Assembly (NCBI RefSeq): GCF_026210795.1
Contig: NC_089431.1
Location: 4,278,001 to 4,342,000, forward strand
Source of the DNA: Rhizophagus irregularis
Taxonomy: Eukaryota
DNA length: 64,000 nt
Direction: 5' to 3'
A program made the position numbers and the translations under genes. Positions within the stretch are counted from its first letter, which is position 1. Each line of letters begins with the position of its first letter. Of this stretch, positions 40,308-52,513 are shown piece after piece. A model generated the notes under the pieces. That model saw only the letters and a program-made list of their open reading frames with translations. It did no database searches and had not been told where the DNA came from.

Positions 40308-41973
40308 TGTGATTATTTTTCTTGCAGATATAACATCTTGCTCTGTTATCGAAACTTCTGTTGTAATTTTGTCCTTGGTATCTACTGTTAAATCTTCCTT
40401 GTTGGCGAAAATTACTTCCTTGTTGGCGAAAATTGCTTTGTTGTCTTCCTCCTGATTCTGCCCGAAAAAACCAAGTAAAAATTTGGTCTTTAATTTTTAT
40501 TTTCCTTCCTATCGCTGCTTTTCTTTCTTCTTCGTTGTTAAAATAAACATTCATTTGGTATGATCTTTTGTTTTTGTTATTCGATTTGTACCAATATCTT
40601 GCACCTGTTTGTCTTAGTATTTTGGCCACTTCGAGTTCATCAATTTCATTTGGTATGTCTAGCACGCTTGCACTTATTTTCCCTCTTTGTCTGATCACGT
40701 GGTTTTTATAGTTAATCGGTTCTATTTTTATCATTCTGTTCTTCAAGAGAATTCCCCATGTGTTCATCAGTTCCTCTTCTGTACATCTTATTTCCATAAC
40801 TAGTTTGAGATTGATTTTCCCGTATTGTTTTCCTTGTTGTGATATTTTTTGCATTTTACCTAACTTCCTTTCTACAGCTTCTATTACTTCGTTTATGTCC
40901 ATTTTTTCATCGATTCCTGTTACCGATATCGTGATTGTTTTATATAGTTTGTTGAGCCATTCTAAGTCTCTGAAATTCCCTAGAGTGCCCTTTACTCTTC
41001 CGTCCTCCAAAAAATTATTTTTGGCTGTTTCTGTGAAAAAACCTACGTAGGTATATTCATTACCGTTTTTCATCATTCTTCCTAATGTGTTCATGTGATA
41101 TTCTAGTAGTTTGTTGTTATTTATATATTCGATTATCGATTGGTCTGTTTGTGCGTCCCTGATTTGTGTGGTCAGGAGTCCCGCGAAATATTTCAGATCG
41201 TCGGCTGTTTTGGGTTTGTGCATTGATTCTTTACTTATTCTGGAATTTGCTCCCATGTCGTGATCGGCGGTAAACGCCATCGTAATTGATTGGTGCCTTG
41301 AATATTGAGAGTTTCCATTTTTGATCGTCTCCTGCATTTGTGAGTTTCTATTGGTGTTATGGGGTGTGTCGTTTGTTGATAGGTGTGAGCTTTTGTTGTA
41401 AATATTATATCTCCTTGTCATACTTTGGTTGAAATCTGAAGTGTCACTGGTTGTGTCGCTGTTCGTTTCCCACAGTTGGCCTTCGTTGGAGTCATCGCTC
41501 GCTTCTAAATCTTTTTCTATCATGTCTTTACATTTGTTGTATTTATCCAATTTTTCTTTGTCTTCTTGGTCGACCGAACCTAATTCCGTTACTATTTGGT
41601 GTTTTTTCATTGTCGAGTTCTTGAAATAATATTCTTCTTTTAGCTTCCAATTTTCTTCCATCATTCTTATCTGTTCGTTCATTTCTATATGTTTTTGTTC
41701 AAGCATTTCGTTGTTGACGTTTTTGTATTCCTCCATATATCTTGTGAACTCTTGGTTGCGTATGTTGTTGTGTTCGTCTATGCATATCGTAATAATACCT
41801 CTAATAAAGCAACCTAAGGTTACGTCTTCTGCCCCTAAAAATTCTGCTAAGTCTTTGTCCGTTTGAGTTATTTCCATTCCTGCGTTTGTTAGTATTGTAT
41901 TTCGCTCTTCGACGCTTTTTTGGGCGTATCCTTCTAAGGCTATAAATTTTTCTCTTGACGGTGTTATACCCAT
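39877..41973 (-). CDS. LINE ORF1 (gag-like nucleic-acid chaperone)
   Basis: 698-aa open frame with a coiled-coil-like N-terminus, RRM-like middle, zinc knuckle CYICKKNNHNANKC and N/R/Q-rich tail. Confidence 0.88.
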   Translation of the reverse strand: MGITPSREKFIALEGYAQKSVEERNTILTNAGMEITQTDKDLAEFLGAEDVTLGCFIRGIITICIDEHNNIRNQEFTRYMEEYKNVNNEMLEQKHIEMNEQIRMMEENWKLKEEYYFKNSTMKKHQIVTELGSVDQEDKEKLDKYNKCKDMIEKDLEASDDSNEGQLWETNSDTTSDTSDFNQSMTRRYNIYNKSSHLSTNDTPHNTNRNSQMQETIKNGNSQYSRHQSITMAFTADHDMGANSRISKESMHKPKTADDLKYFAGLLTTQIRDAQTDQSIIEYINNNKLLEYHMNTLGRMMKNGNEYTYVGFFTETAKNNFLEDGRVKGTLGNFRDLEWLNKLYKTITISVTGIDEKMDINEVIEAVERKLGKMQKISQQGKQYGKINLKLVMEIRCTEEELMNTWGILLKNRMIKIEPINYKNHVIRQRGKISASVLDIPNEIDELEVAKILRQTGARYWYKSNNKNKRSYQMNVYFNNEEERKAAIGRKIKIKDQIFTWFFRAESGGRQQSNFRQQGSNFRQQGRFNSRYQGQNYNRSFDNRARCYICKKNNHNANKCYFNNDNNKNTNEHRSHRNENQNRPFRQESGRYNNDGKFNFESQYEDNNDNNRYNGPNYRGRNTNPRRRFNDNHIGKIERLEYRGYQQGKYYQQYYDHDNNGRNTGKHTGYNNNSSRSYDRDWNEGSRFNDRRRMARRY

Positions 41974-43192
41974 TTTACCGTTGTTTGTGTGTTGCTGCGG
42001 AATTCTATGTAAATCGGTTTATGCAGGAGAGAGTCCTTAATTTTTAATAATAATAGAATCATTAACAGCAATAAATATATAGCTGATAGTATATATGTTG
42101 TGAGATGATGCCGGCCTACATTATCAGCCCAATATTGCCCAATATTTTAATGCCTTAAGTGTGTTGGCCAGCATTATTAGGCCAGCCGTCATCTGATGAC
42201 GTCAGCTGTTAGTTGACGCAAATCGGCATCTGACGCCATATATCGCACGATCTCGCTTTCATGGTTCTAAACTTGTGAAGGAAAATGAAAATGAGAAAAA
42301 AGAATAGTACTATATATCCTTTGGGGTTTTCATTTTGACAAAATCAATGATTGACATTCACGTGAGTACAAACCTTACGACTGCGGTAATCGGCATGTAC
42401 AGTATAGAAATTTCTGCCAAGGGAAAATTTTCTGAATATTTTAAAATTCAAAAACTCCATCAATTCACATGTACACAGTAAGATTGGCTTGAGAAACTTT
42501 TCTTTTGTGCTTAATTTTATTGAACACACGTTCCTTGAGATATAAGACATCTTTTTATATCGTGAAGTTGATACGGACTCTATTCACTCTTTATTCCGAT
42601 TCAAAAAAATAGACGTTAATGGTCTACAAATTATTAACCAAATATAAGCTATTTATTTGCCGATCCGAACTTTATTTTATCTTTTCTTTTTTTATAGGAC
42701 AACAAGAAAAAATTGTATAAAAAGGGCGAGAAAAGGAATATGAAAGGAAACGAAATAAGGAACTTTCTTTCACAAAGTATCATCAATGAATTTTTAAATG
42801 GATTATAGTCGAAGGCTTATTCATCATAAATATTATAACTACCAATGAAAGAACTACGATTCTATATCAGTTATATATATATATATTTTGATGATAAATA
42901 AAAATTGGCACCTCATAGACGAACCTTACAAGTGATCAAAATGAACGGAAAGATGAACCTTATTTATTTTAACCTAATTACATGCAGAAATTGGTTGGTC
43001 ACTCACCCATAATAAATTTTAATGGTAAAGTTTTAAGTTATCAAAAAGAATTTAAAAATTTTATAATTAAATTTGCGTATATTAATGAAAGGAACATTCG
43101 CTCAATCTTTTATCCGAAAAAAAAGTTGGTTTGCGCGGATATTAAATGAATATTACGCTCGTAAATTTACAAATCAAAAGATGTTTTTCTAG

Positions 43193-43457
43193 CCCTATAA
43201 AAAAAGAATGTCCGGAAATTGTAGCTGAAAACGTCCGGAAAATGTTTATTTGTCTGGAATATGTCCGGAATATTGCAATATTCCGGACGTTGGAAAATTT
43301 CCATTTTCCGGAAAATGTCCAGAAAATGTCTAGGAGGGTTCAGACCCAGCGTCCAGAAAGTGTCCGGAATATTGCAATTTTCTGGACGTTTTCCGGACAC
43401 ACGGACATTTTCCGGATGTTTTTAGCTACAATTTCCGGACATTTTTTTTTTACAGGG
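43193..43457. mobile_element. CMC/CACTA-like MITE (CCCT termini, TAG TSD)
   Basis: ccctataaaaaaagaatgtccggaaattgtagct ... agctacaatttccggacatttttttttttacaggg. TAG at 43190-92 and 43458-60. Many internal tccgga motifs. Confidence 0.85.
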
Positions 43458-44649
43458 TAGGTCGTTTATGAGCATAAGCAAGAATACGCGTAACAATACA
43501 AAGAGTCAAAAACCTAATAACACTACTTGATTATCAATGTAAAGTCATCATTACTTTAATACTAGCTAATAATTCTTAAATTTATATTTTAATCTCTCTT
43601 TTATACTTTAGGGACCATGAGTTTGTCTATGGCTTATTAATAATTTGTATTTCTTAGTTGAAACAAATGTTCACATATTACAGCAAATTTGTTGCTTTTA
43701 AAGTATATCAAATTTACAGTATTAACCATAGAGAAGTAAATCGTCAATACAGTACTACGTAACCTTCTTTAGAAGAATGAAAAATTAAATGCTTGATATC
43801 AAACAATTAAGAAAATAAATTTTTGCGTTGGGTTATTTACTATTATTATTGGTAAATAAATAAATCAAGTGGTCATAACCAAATTATATTATATATTATA
43901 AAATAACATTATTTATGCTTTAAAAAATCGAATTGAATGAACCAGAGAAAAAATTAATAACCATAAAATGAAATTTGTTTCGTAGATTTTACATTCAATA
44001 ATTTAAAATTATTATCACAATATAACAAAATAATCAAATAATTTTTTTTAGCTAAAGTTGATTCAACATGATCATATTGTACATAATAAATGTAATGATA
44101 CTAGCTTTTTTTTTAAAAAGTTATTCCATTTTACAGTATATATTATAAACGATTGATCAATTATTATTAGTGTCACTTTTATTATCCATATTCTTTTGTT
44201 GTATTGATCGTTCATTGGTCCTAAATATATTTATTATTTGAAAATGAAACAAAGAATCTATCGTTCGTTACTCATCGAAGTCACAATATTTTCAATTTCG
44301 ATTAACTCAGTAATCGAAAAAATTAAAATGTCTTATATGATTTTCGAATGATAATTATTTTGATAATATTTTATCCGTATAATGATTGTTAAATAAAAGT
44401 AACAATATATTATAAAACCAATCATGAAACACACACGTTTCAAACGACTACGAAACGCCTAAATGAGAATTAGATCAAGCGAGGTTTTGTAATACTGTAA
44501 TAAATAATAAAGGAACTAATTTTAGAACTCTTTTAAAAATAAATTTTATAATAGACCATATTCATTTTAAAATCAATATCGATGAATAATAGATAGTTCT
44601 CGAATTTGAATCCAATTTAGAGTATATAACGTCATAATGTGACACGAAA

Positions 44650-45093
44650 GCACGTCTGAAATGTGTGTCAGGTTGACGGCGCAGTGTGGCGCAGTAATTC
44701 AAAAAAATCTAAGTTGAAGATTTTCTTTTTAATGTAATGCTTTCAAATTTACACATTAGATGTATTTTCATCTGTTTTACAAAATTCACTTATAAATGGA
44801 AGGAGGATTTGGACGTAGATTTTGACTTTAGTATATAACAACTGATTTTATCGTCTTTGCCGATCATTTCCAAAATTGGATTTGTCAAAAAAAACGCTTT
44901 TTGTTAAATAACTCGAAAATGGCCTTCTAAACCGCCAGTATATACTCTAAGTAAATTTGCAGAGCGGACGAAAATACATCTAGTGCAGTAATTTAAAGGT
45001 TTTATTTTAAATAAAAAAATTGCAATTTAATTTTTTTTGGAAAAATCGCTGCGCCACACTGCGCCGTCAACCTGACACACATTTCAGATGTGC
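44650..45093. mobile_element. Mutator-like MITE, 444 bp, long TIRs, 9-bp TSD
   Basis: Near-perfect 45-bp terminal inverted match, extending imperfectly to about 130 bp. TSD gacacgaaa at 44641-49 and 45094-102. Confidence 0.92.
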
Positions 45094-45590
45094 GACACGA
45101 AAGATTCAAAAAATGTTTGGATGATTATTTTTAAACATTTGATGTCTTTTTTTGGATTTATTCACTAAAAATACAATCACATATTAAATATTTCTATTTC
45201 TCGATTTTTTTGTTTTTCATAATTATCATAATAGATATTTATAACGGAAAATGTTACACGTTTCAAGTATCGTATTATTCACTTTTTTAGGTTATTACTT
45301 ATTACATAAATAGGGATTAAACGTTTGAGTACATATTATCAAGAACTAGTAATTGTTGCAAAATAACCTAAAAATGTTATAGCGATAACAAAAATTAAAA
45401 TGCTTAATGCATTTTTATTTCAAAAAAGGTTAAGTAATAATATACATATTACGAAAAAAACAATATTTATTTTTTAGAATAATATGAAGTGCTTTCTTTT
45501 AATGGTATCAATTATTAGTTTTATGATTTATACAACAATAATTGATATCCGTGTATATATACTGTATATGTAAAATTATTAGGGGTTAGA

Positions 45591-47859
45591 TTTTATTTTT
45601 ATTTTATTTTTATTATATAGACATCGGATCCGGGACTACCCGTAAATACTGTCAGGGGTGAAGTGGTTCATCACTATTCAAAATTGTACGGTTGATTTTG
45701 GAGGTTATAAATAACCAATAAAATTGATGTAGGCGTAAAAAAAGAGCATTACTATATATAAAAAAACATAAAGAAAGGTTCATTACAAATGTAAAGTAAA
45801 AAAAAAATCTATCTATAAAACTAATTATATAAAGTAAAACGATCCACTGGGGAACCTAAACCAGTAGGGCGTTAAGGTCCGAGTATCCATTATGTATCCG
45901 AGGCGAAATCGTCCTCGGGGCACGGAGTTTTGCGTTTTAGCGAGGAATGGAGTTCTGGGAGACGCTTGTAGTTAATTCTACCAGGTGAATATGCGTCAAT
46001 ATCAGTATCGTAATGAGGTTGATTAACATCAATGACTGAAGAGTAAGGTATATTGAAATCTCTGAACATTTTCGCCAACAGAGCCTTCCTCAATGTGAGT
46101 TTGGGTGGATTTTCGGGTTTTTTAATTGTCGAGTTCCTTATTAGACTCGACTAAAATTGACATTTCTTTGTGGTAAATGTCTTGGTAAAGTGTAAGATCA
46201 CGTACAATGTTGAATTTTCTAGTTTTAGCACGTTCGGCTTTCTCATGATTATATTTGAGATCTCTTAATCTGTTCACGAATGCAGAAGAACCCGGTGTAA
46301 GCTCTAGCCCGGCCCTTGAGTATAAAGGACCATCGGGAACGAAAGGCAATAAGTCATCAGGTATGATCAGAATTGACAGAAACAGAGGTGTTTTTAATTG
46401 TTGATGATGGTGGAGGAGCTACATAATACGTCTTTTTGTTACTTGGTGTCTTCCACCCAGCTTTATCGTGAGCTTGTCTAAGTTGAATGGGTTTTTGCAG
46501 GAAAGCTGGAGTACCCGTTACAATGAGGTTTTCTTTTGTGAGTATATCGGCTTGTGCTTGTCTGGGACAAAAGGCAATAAATCATCGGGAATTCCTGGAA
46601 TTTTTGCCCTTACAATGGGGGGAGGAGTTGATTTTTCTTTCTCAGGTGGTGAGATTAAATGAACAGGTGTACGGTAGAGATAATGTTGACCAATAGGCAG
46701 AGTAGGTTTAACACGATATTGTAAATGTTTCAATGGTTTTCTAATGGATTGTTGATCCAAAAAGAGGAAGCGGTATTTCTTTGCTTGTATTAATTTTTCT
46801 TAAAGACAGAGCTTTCTTGACCTCTTTAGAACTTGATGATGTTGATGTTGAAATCGTTTTAGTCGTGAAAATACGTCTGCAGGCACGTTGAAATCTTTCC
46901 TGCTGCTTTAGCGCTGTCTTAGGGTTCTTTGAAGGAAAAGGTCGTAAATTTTCTATGCGTTTACTATACATGTTACGATAAGCGGACGAGTACATCCTCA
47001 CGTCATGTAGCCTGAAGTTGACTACTGTAGTGTAAGAGATGCCTAAGCGTTGAGAAAAGATTAATTTTTATATTTAACGCGCCAAGCGTCAAATTGATTC
47101 TGTGCGTGACCAGCTTTAGAATTATTGAAATGAGGTTTGATTTTTGATTTCTCTAATCCACGTCGCTGCCCTCGCACAGGAGAACGGTAAACCTTTAAGT
47201 ATTTTGATGCGAAACGCAGGCATGCCTGTTATTTGACATGATAATAGGACTAGGAATGTTGCATCTAGAATAGGTGCTAGGATCGGAGTTATCGGATCCG
47301 GAGTATTTGCATGGTATAAATATGCCGAAGTAAAAGCGATAACTTTTGTAAGAAAATTTGAAGAAGGTCTTTGAAGAAGTATTGCGGCGGTTTTTTTGCC
47401 TGCCACGCGATTTGATGATGTCAATTCTATCCAATAATTTTGAACGAATAAAACAGAAGTATTTGGTTGTATACGTTTTTCAGATCTAAAAGTTTTATTT
47501 TTTGAGCCGATCTAATTCCAAACACCAATGATATCCATCTGAGGAAATCATAAATCCTGTTGTAACCGCTCGATTAGATCTGGTCACGTGAATTTTTTTA
47601 GTGAAACGAGAAAAGAATTTTGCACTGTTTGAGGGAAAGTATTTTTTGGAAAAAAAGAGGAAGCTGAACCGTCTGGTAAAAACTTCCGTGGAACGGTTGT
47701 AGTGTCCGTCCACATCTCTCTCAAAGGTCAGAATAGTTTAAAGTGTAAGAGGAGGCCTTTCCGTTGAGGCCACCCCGTGGTCCTCACTCCTCAAAAAAAA
47801 TTTTTTTTTTTTTTGAGAGAAAATTTAACGCTTACTGCGGATTATTAGAGAGTTTCATC
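45591..47859 (-). mobile_element. Retroposed element without RT, 2269 bp, (TAAAA)n tail, degraded ORF of unknown function
   Basis: 14-bp TSD tattaggggttaga at 45577-90 and 47860-73. A-rich tail at 45591-45612. Consecutive frameshifted minus-strand ORF pieces span 45890-47713. Confidence 0.8.
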
Positions 47860-48754
47860 TATTAGGGGTTAGAATATAAATAGATTTAGGTTAACCTTTT
47901 TGTTACCAGAATCACATGACAATTTCACGGCAATCGGATTACGAATCCTTTCTTTCACGTGACAAAATCAGATTTAAAACGTAAAAAAATAATTTTTTTA
48001 GTGAAAAAATGAGATCATTGAAAAAAGATCTCCATTACAGCAATTTATTATCTCTGATATTTCTATAATTATCATTTAACGTAATGTTCATTCTCTATAT
48101 TTGAGCATAATGTAATAATAAACATAAATCTAAATAAATCTTTGATTATTTAATCGTACAGCCTTAACAGCCTAATTTACAAATTTATGATATTCTTTAA
48201 TATTTACATTGCATGAAATATATAGCATAAATATATCTAAAAAATACATTATTTTATGAATTTCATTCTATAGGTATTTGTTGTTCACTGATCACTATGA
48301 TGTTAATTGATGCGACTCTAATGATAATATTTTTTTTTTCCTGTTATTTAGATTTTGGAATTCTTATTTCTGGTGCGATAAATATCATAAGTTTTTATAA
48401 ATACTGTTATCGTTAGTTCTTTAGTTGCTTGGATATTAAGCGATGTATAACTTAGGTTTTATTAAGCAGAAGGATCGGAGGGTCTTAAGTCTTATCTAAA
48501 AATTATTACTTTTATTTAAATCCGATCAGATACGAATAAAGTATAGCTTCCCAATATGCCTATACAATCAGACGTAAATAAAGGATTTTCACTAAACCAA
48601 AAATAATTAATCAATAAAGATAAAGTTTATATACGAAAATAACAAAATTAAAGTGTATATTTTAAAGTGTAAGAAAATAAACTTTTTTGAATATCTTAAC
48701 CGTCGATGATATAATAAAATCTATACTAATTATAACATATTAAATATATGCTAT

Positions 48755-48835
48755 ATACGCACTATATAAACTATATAAAATATATTAATTATATAAAATA
48801 TACCAACTATATAAAATTTATTAACTATATTAGAT
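48755..48835. repeat. 9-bp AT-rich minisatellite
   Basis: actatataa-like units in tandem. Confidence 0.6.
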
Positions 48836-49464
48836 ATATATTTAGCATACTGTATTGCATATGTTGCATATCGAACATTCGCAACATAGAACCGAGGGTG
48901 TGGGGGACAACTTATTTGTTGTGTCACCATAAAAACTGTCACCCCATGAATTTATCTTTTACTATATAATTATATTATTATATCAAAAAAAATATCCCAA
49001 GCTTAAATCATTTGACACACAACGTTTCTAAAAGCCGATGTTCGAGTATAAAGTAGCATACATGAGAACTGTTTACTGCCAAAGTTTCATAGCATTTAGC
49101 GCGTTATTGGCTTTCTGGTTAGCTCAAATATGTTTAATTAAGGGTTTCTATGTAATTAATATTTTTTTCTCAGTCGGAAAATTAATAATAATAAATTTTT
49201 TAATCGTAGTATATTTTTTTTACTTTATTATAAAATTTACAATTATCCACGTTTCATTATTCTATGAAAACAATTCTTTGTTAAGTGCTTTGTCAGTAAA
49301 AGGTGACCGATTTTTCAAGTTGGAAATAATTATAGGTACCAACTTTTGTTTTTTTTTTATACGGTGTTGAAGTCTCAAATGCCCAGATTAACCACAATAA
49401 TTCTGATACTAAAACCATTTTAGTGAATGAATCTTCTACTTCTTCACGCTATGCCCAAACCCGA

Positions 49465-49650
49465 AGCTTGATATTTATCTGTACGAGCTTGATATTTTTA
49501 TCTGTTCATGCTTGTTGTTTATCTATCATGTGCTTGATGTTTATCTTGATGTTTTATCTATACATGATGCTTGATGTTTTTATCTGTTCGTGCTTGGTAT
49601 TATTATCTGTCCGTGCTTGAGGTTTTATCTATGTACTTGATGTTTTTGTC
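49465..49650. repeat. ~21-bp tandem repeat
   Basis: gcttgat(a/g)ttt(t)atct... repeated about 8 times. Confidence 0.7.
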
Positions 49651-50950
49651 CAACTGTATTTGATTTAATCAAACTATACTTGATAACCTTATCTTGTCAA
49701 AAATTAGTTTCTTTTTCAGCACTGGGTTGATATTTTGTCAATTTTGTCAATCACATGTTTTTAAGTTTAGCATAGTTTTTACACGAAGAATTCTTATTTT
49801 ATTTTATTTGGCTTTTTTTTTATAAACAATTTTTGTAGAGTTTTTATTTTTAATATAGGCAAAGGCTTTTTTTGATAAGATTTTTTTTTTTTTGACATAT
49901 ACCTAATTTGTTGGAACAATTTTTTTTAACAGGAAAGATTTTTTTTTTTCGATAGAGAATTCATTGAGAATTTTTTTTTTGTAGAAAATTCTTTGGAGAA
50001 TTTTTTTAATAGGAAAGATTTTTTTTTTGATAAAAATAATTTTGTCGGAAATTTTCTAACAAAGTGAGATTTTTTTTTTGATAGAGAATTTCGTAAAGAA
50101 TTTTTTTTTTAATAGGAGGAGAGTTTTTTTCTTGATATAGAAATTCTTTTGAGAATTTTTTTAATAGGTATTAGGTAAGAATCTTTGAAATTTTTTTTTA
50201 ATAGGGAAAATGTGTCACTTCAAACGAAAAATGTAGTAAGAAATTACTCTAACGCCTTCGATTAATACTGTTTGAACTGTCTAGACTCGTGAAGCGAACC
50301 TCGGATTTCATTATTAAAAAGGGGAATCAAAACATGTGATTATATTGTCATGGACTACTTAAAGTTTAAACTAGGCAATCGTGACACAGTCTCATTGTTT
50401 GTGAGATGGATTTTATACATGAAGTATGCGCAGTTTTGGTAATAACTAATAACTGTGAACATATCATTTTATATATATAGATTGCTTTTATTTTATTATT
50501 TTATGTCATAAATGAATTTTTAATTATCCGTTAACAAAATGTCCAGGAAATGTACGTTGCTATACCGAAAGAATTACACTTTACATGTTTTTTTTATGTA
50601 ATTCGAAAATGAATGTACAAAAATGAGGTCATTTTTTACTGACTATATTATATTGTTATATTTACTATAAAGAAACTCAAGTGCTACCTACTTCATCTGA
50701 TTATATGTAGAAAAAAATAAATTCCAATGGCGTGCGTGTTCACAGCCATATCATATACAGCGAAACGTATCAATATAGTTTAACTGTTTCTACATACAAG
50801 TTGGGATTCTATATGGACAACATATTTCCTCTTAAAAGTTTTTTTTATATCCTAGAATAATATTGTCGATAAAGTCAAATGAATCGTTCGTTCATGTTAA
50901 AAGAATTTGAATACACATAGTTAAGCTTTATTTTAAATATTCAATTGTAG

Positions 50951-51955
50951 CTATTTCGAATCAATAGGATCCGCATCTGGATCCGCATCTGGATCAAAGG
51001 GATATCCATTAAAGAAATTGTTTATAATTAAGTTATTTGTATTTTGTCTCGGTAATTTGGATAAATTATATGTTAAATAATTAGATGTTAAACGTCTTAG
51101 TCTTCGTAGATTTCGACGGTTAAGAACAATTTTCTTTCGAAAGAGAAAGACAACCCGGGGATAAAGTTTATTAAGTGCCAATTTATCACCAGAACTTAAT
51201 CTTTCACGTTGACCTGAGTCGTGGAAAAATATTTGTTATTATACAAGGTAGTATGAATTATGAAAGGAACAGAACGGAGCCCATACAAACCTATTTTTGA
51301 ATTTGTTCCTGACTTCGCCTTAACCCCCTGTTTTTCAGAGTAGTGCATTATAGATTCGAAGTCGTATGGGCCATAACACAAAACATCTGATTTCTCAAGC
51401 TTTTCATAATTTATATTACTTTTATTATCCCCTTTAACTAAAATCTTTATATGTTCATCCCGGTCTGGGCGACAATGTTCATGGTGAAAACCGAGCGCAT
51501 GCATCAGTTCATGCATAGCGTGGCCTATGGGATGCGGCCAGTTCTCGGTAACCGATAATTTCTTTATATTTGCAAAATAAATAAGAGTGAGGATTAGCGA
51601 CTTGAATCATAGAGTATAATAAATATAATAAATAGAATACATTCCTTTTAAATTAAGTAATTACCTGTTTACCACCTTGCTTACCAATGAAGGACCAATA
51701 CCCACCTTTATCAACAATCTTGATATAGTCCTTTTGGTCGTTTCTTTCTTCGAATACTATTGAACTTACTTCTGCAATCCTTTCCATTGCTTTCATCACA
51801 GATGTTTTAAGTTCAAAAGATATATCTTTGTCAAATTTATACGGAATTGTCCTGTTATCCCAAAGCTTTCTGTTATCGCTAGTATAAACGTCAGAATATA
51901 CATCTACTTCGTCAAGAACTGCACAACATTTGTTATTTTTCGGTATTATACTCAT
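50951..51955 (-). CDS. Astacin-family (M12A) zinc metalloprotease, 3 exons, about 274 aa
   Basis: HELMHALGFHHEHCRPDRD, Met-turn YDFESIMHY, C-terminal GQRERLSSGDKLALNKLY. Exons 51955-51665, 51561-51291 and 51213-50951 join in frame. Confidence 0.92.
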
Positions 51956-52411
51956 ATCTAACTATTTTTTAAAATAAGAAAATTAGTAGTGGAAGCAAAA
52001 GAGAGAATTAGTTACGATAACGCGATCCAAAATAAAACCAATATTATACAAATAATCAGGATGGCTTTTCAGCTACGAAACAATTATTCCCAATGAAATA
52101 AAGTATTTACTTTACAAACGGTTCTAGAATATCCTCGTTATAGCGAAAAGTATACGACAACCTATCCCTATTACATATAAATGAATGGCGGCAAAAACAT
52201 AAATTTCACAAAGAAAGAAAACGAGGTTTTGCATAAGAGATAAGTAATAAGCACTTTAATCCTTCTAGTATGCATAATGTACAGAGACTTTGTATTATCT
52301 GATGACTTACTTTCCGTATTACTGAAATTTAGATGTGTTCCTGTCTATTACGTTGGCCTTTTGCGTTATTTGTTCGAAAACTTAGTTTGATACTTGGAAA
52401 GGCAGGTCCCC

Positions 52412-52513
52412 TACTTTGAAACTAAAGAGAATATTCGGAAATATATTGCAGGTATATAGGTTTACTTTGAAACTAAGGAAAGTATTCGGAAATATATTGC
52501 AGGTATATAGGTT
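52412..52513. repeat. Tandem duplication (~51 bp x2)
   Basis: tactttgaaactaa...tattcggaaatatattgcaggtatataggtt occurs twice. Confidence 0.75.

Larger units (their letters stand above)
34001..42036 (-). mobile_element. Full-length LINE (non-LTR retrotransposon), 8036 bp
   Basis: Poly(A) tail (T run 34001-34023). 15-bp TSD ttaatttttaataat at 33986-34000 and 42037-42051. ORF1 plus ORF2. Confidence 0.95.

Noticed and set aside
34237..41629. Plus-strand ORFs within the LINE
   Set aside because: Antisense shadows of the A-rich ORF1/ORF2.
42100..42235. Hammerhead-like CTGATGA followed by the stem cgtcagc/gttgacg
   Set aside because: The stem is followed by CAAA, not GAAA, and no stem I/III with an NUH site fits. 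Local palindromes explain it.
43146..43460. ORFs overlapping MITEs (also 5062-5336 and 58710-58916)
   Set aside because: Open frames arise from repetitive MITE sequence; no protein features.
45578..45589. Interstitial telomere
   Set aside because: Only one imperfect TTAGGG-like unit and a half, present twice because it is the TSD.
50297..50310. aacctcggattt, shared with the left end of the 12.8-kb element
   Set aside because: Only 12 bp, without the terminal CTTT or a partner end.
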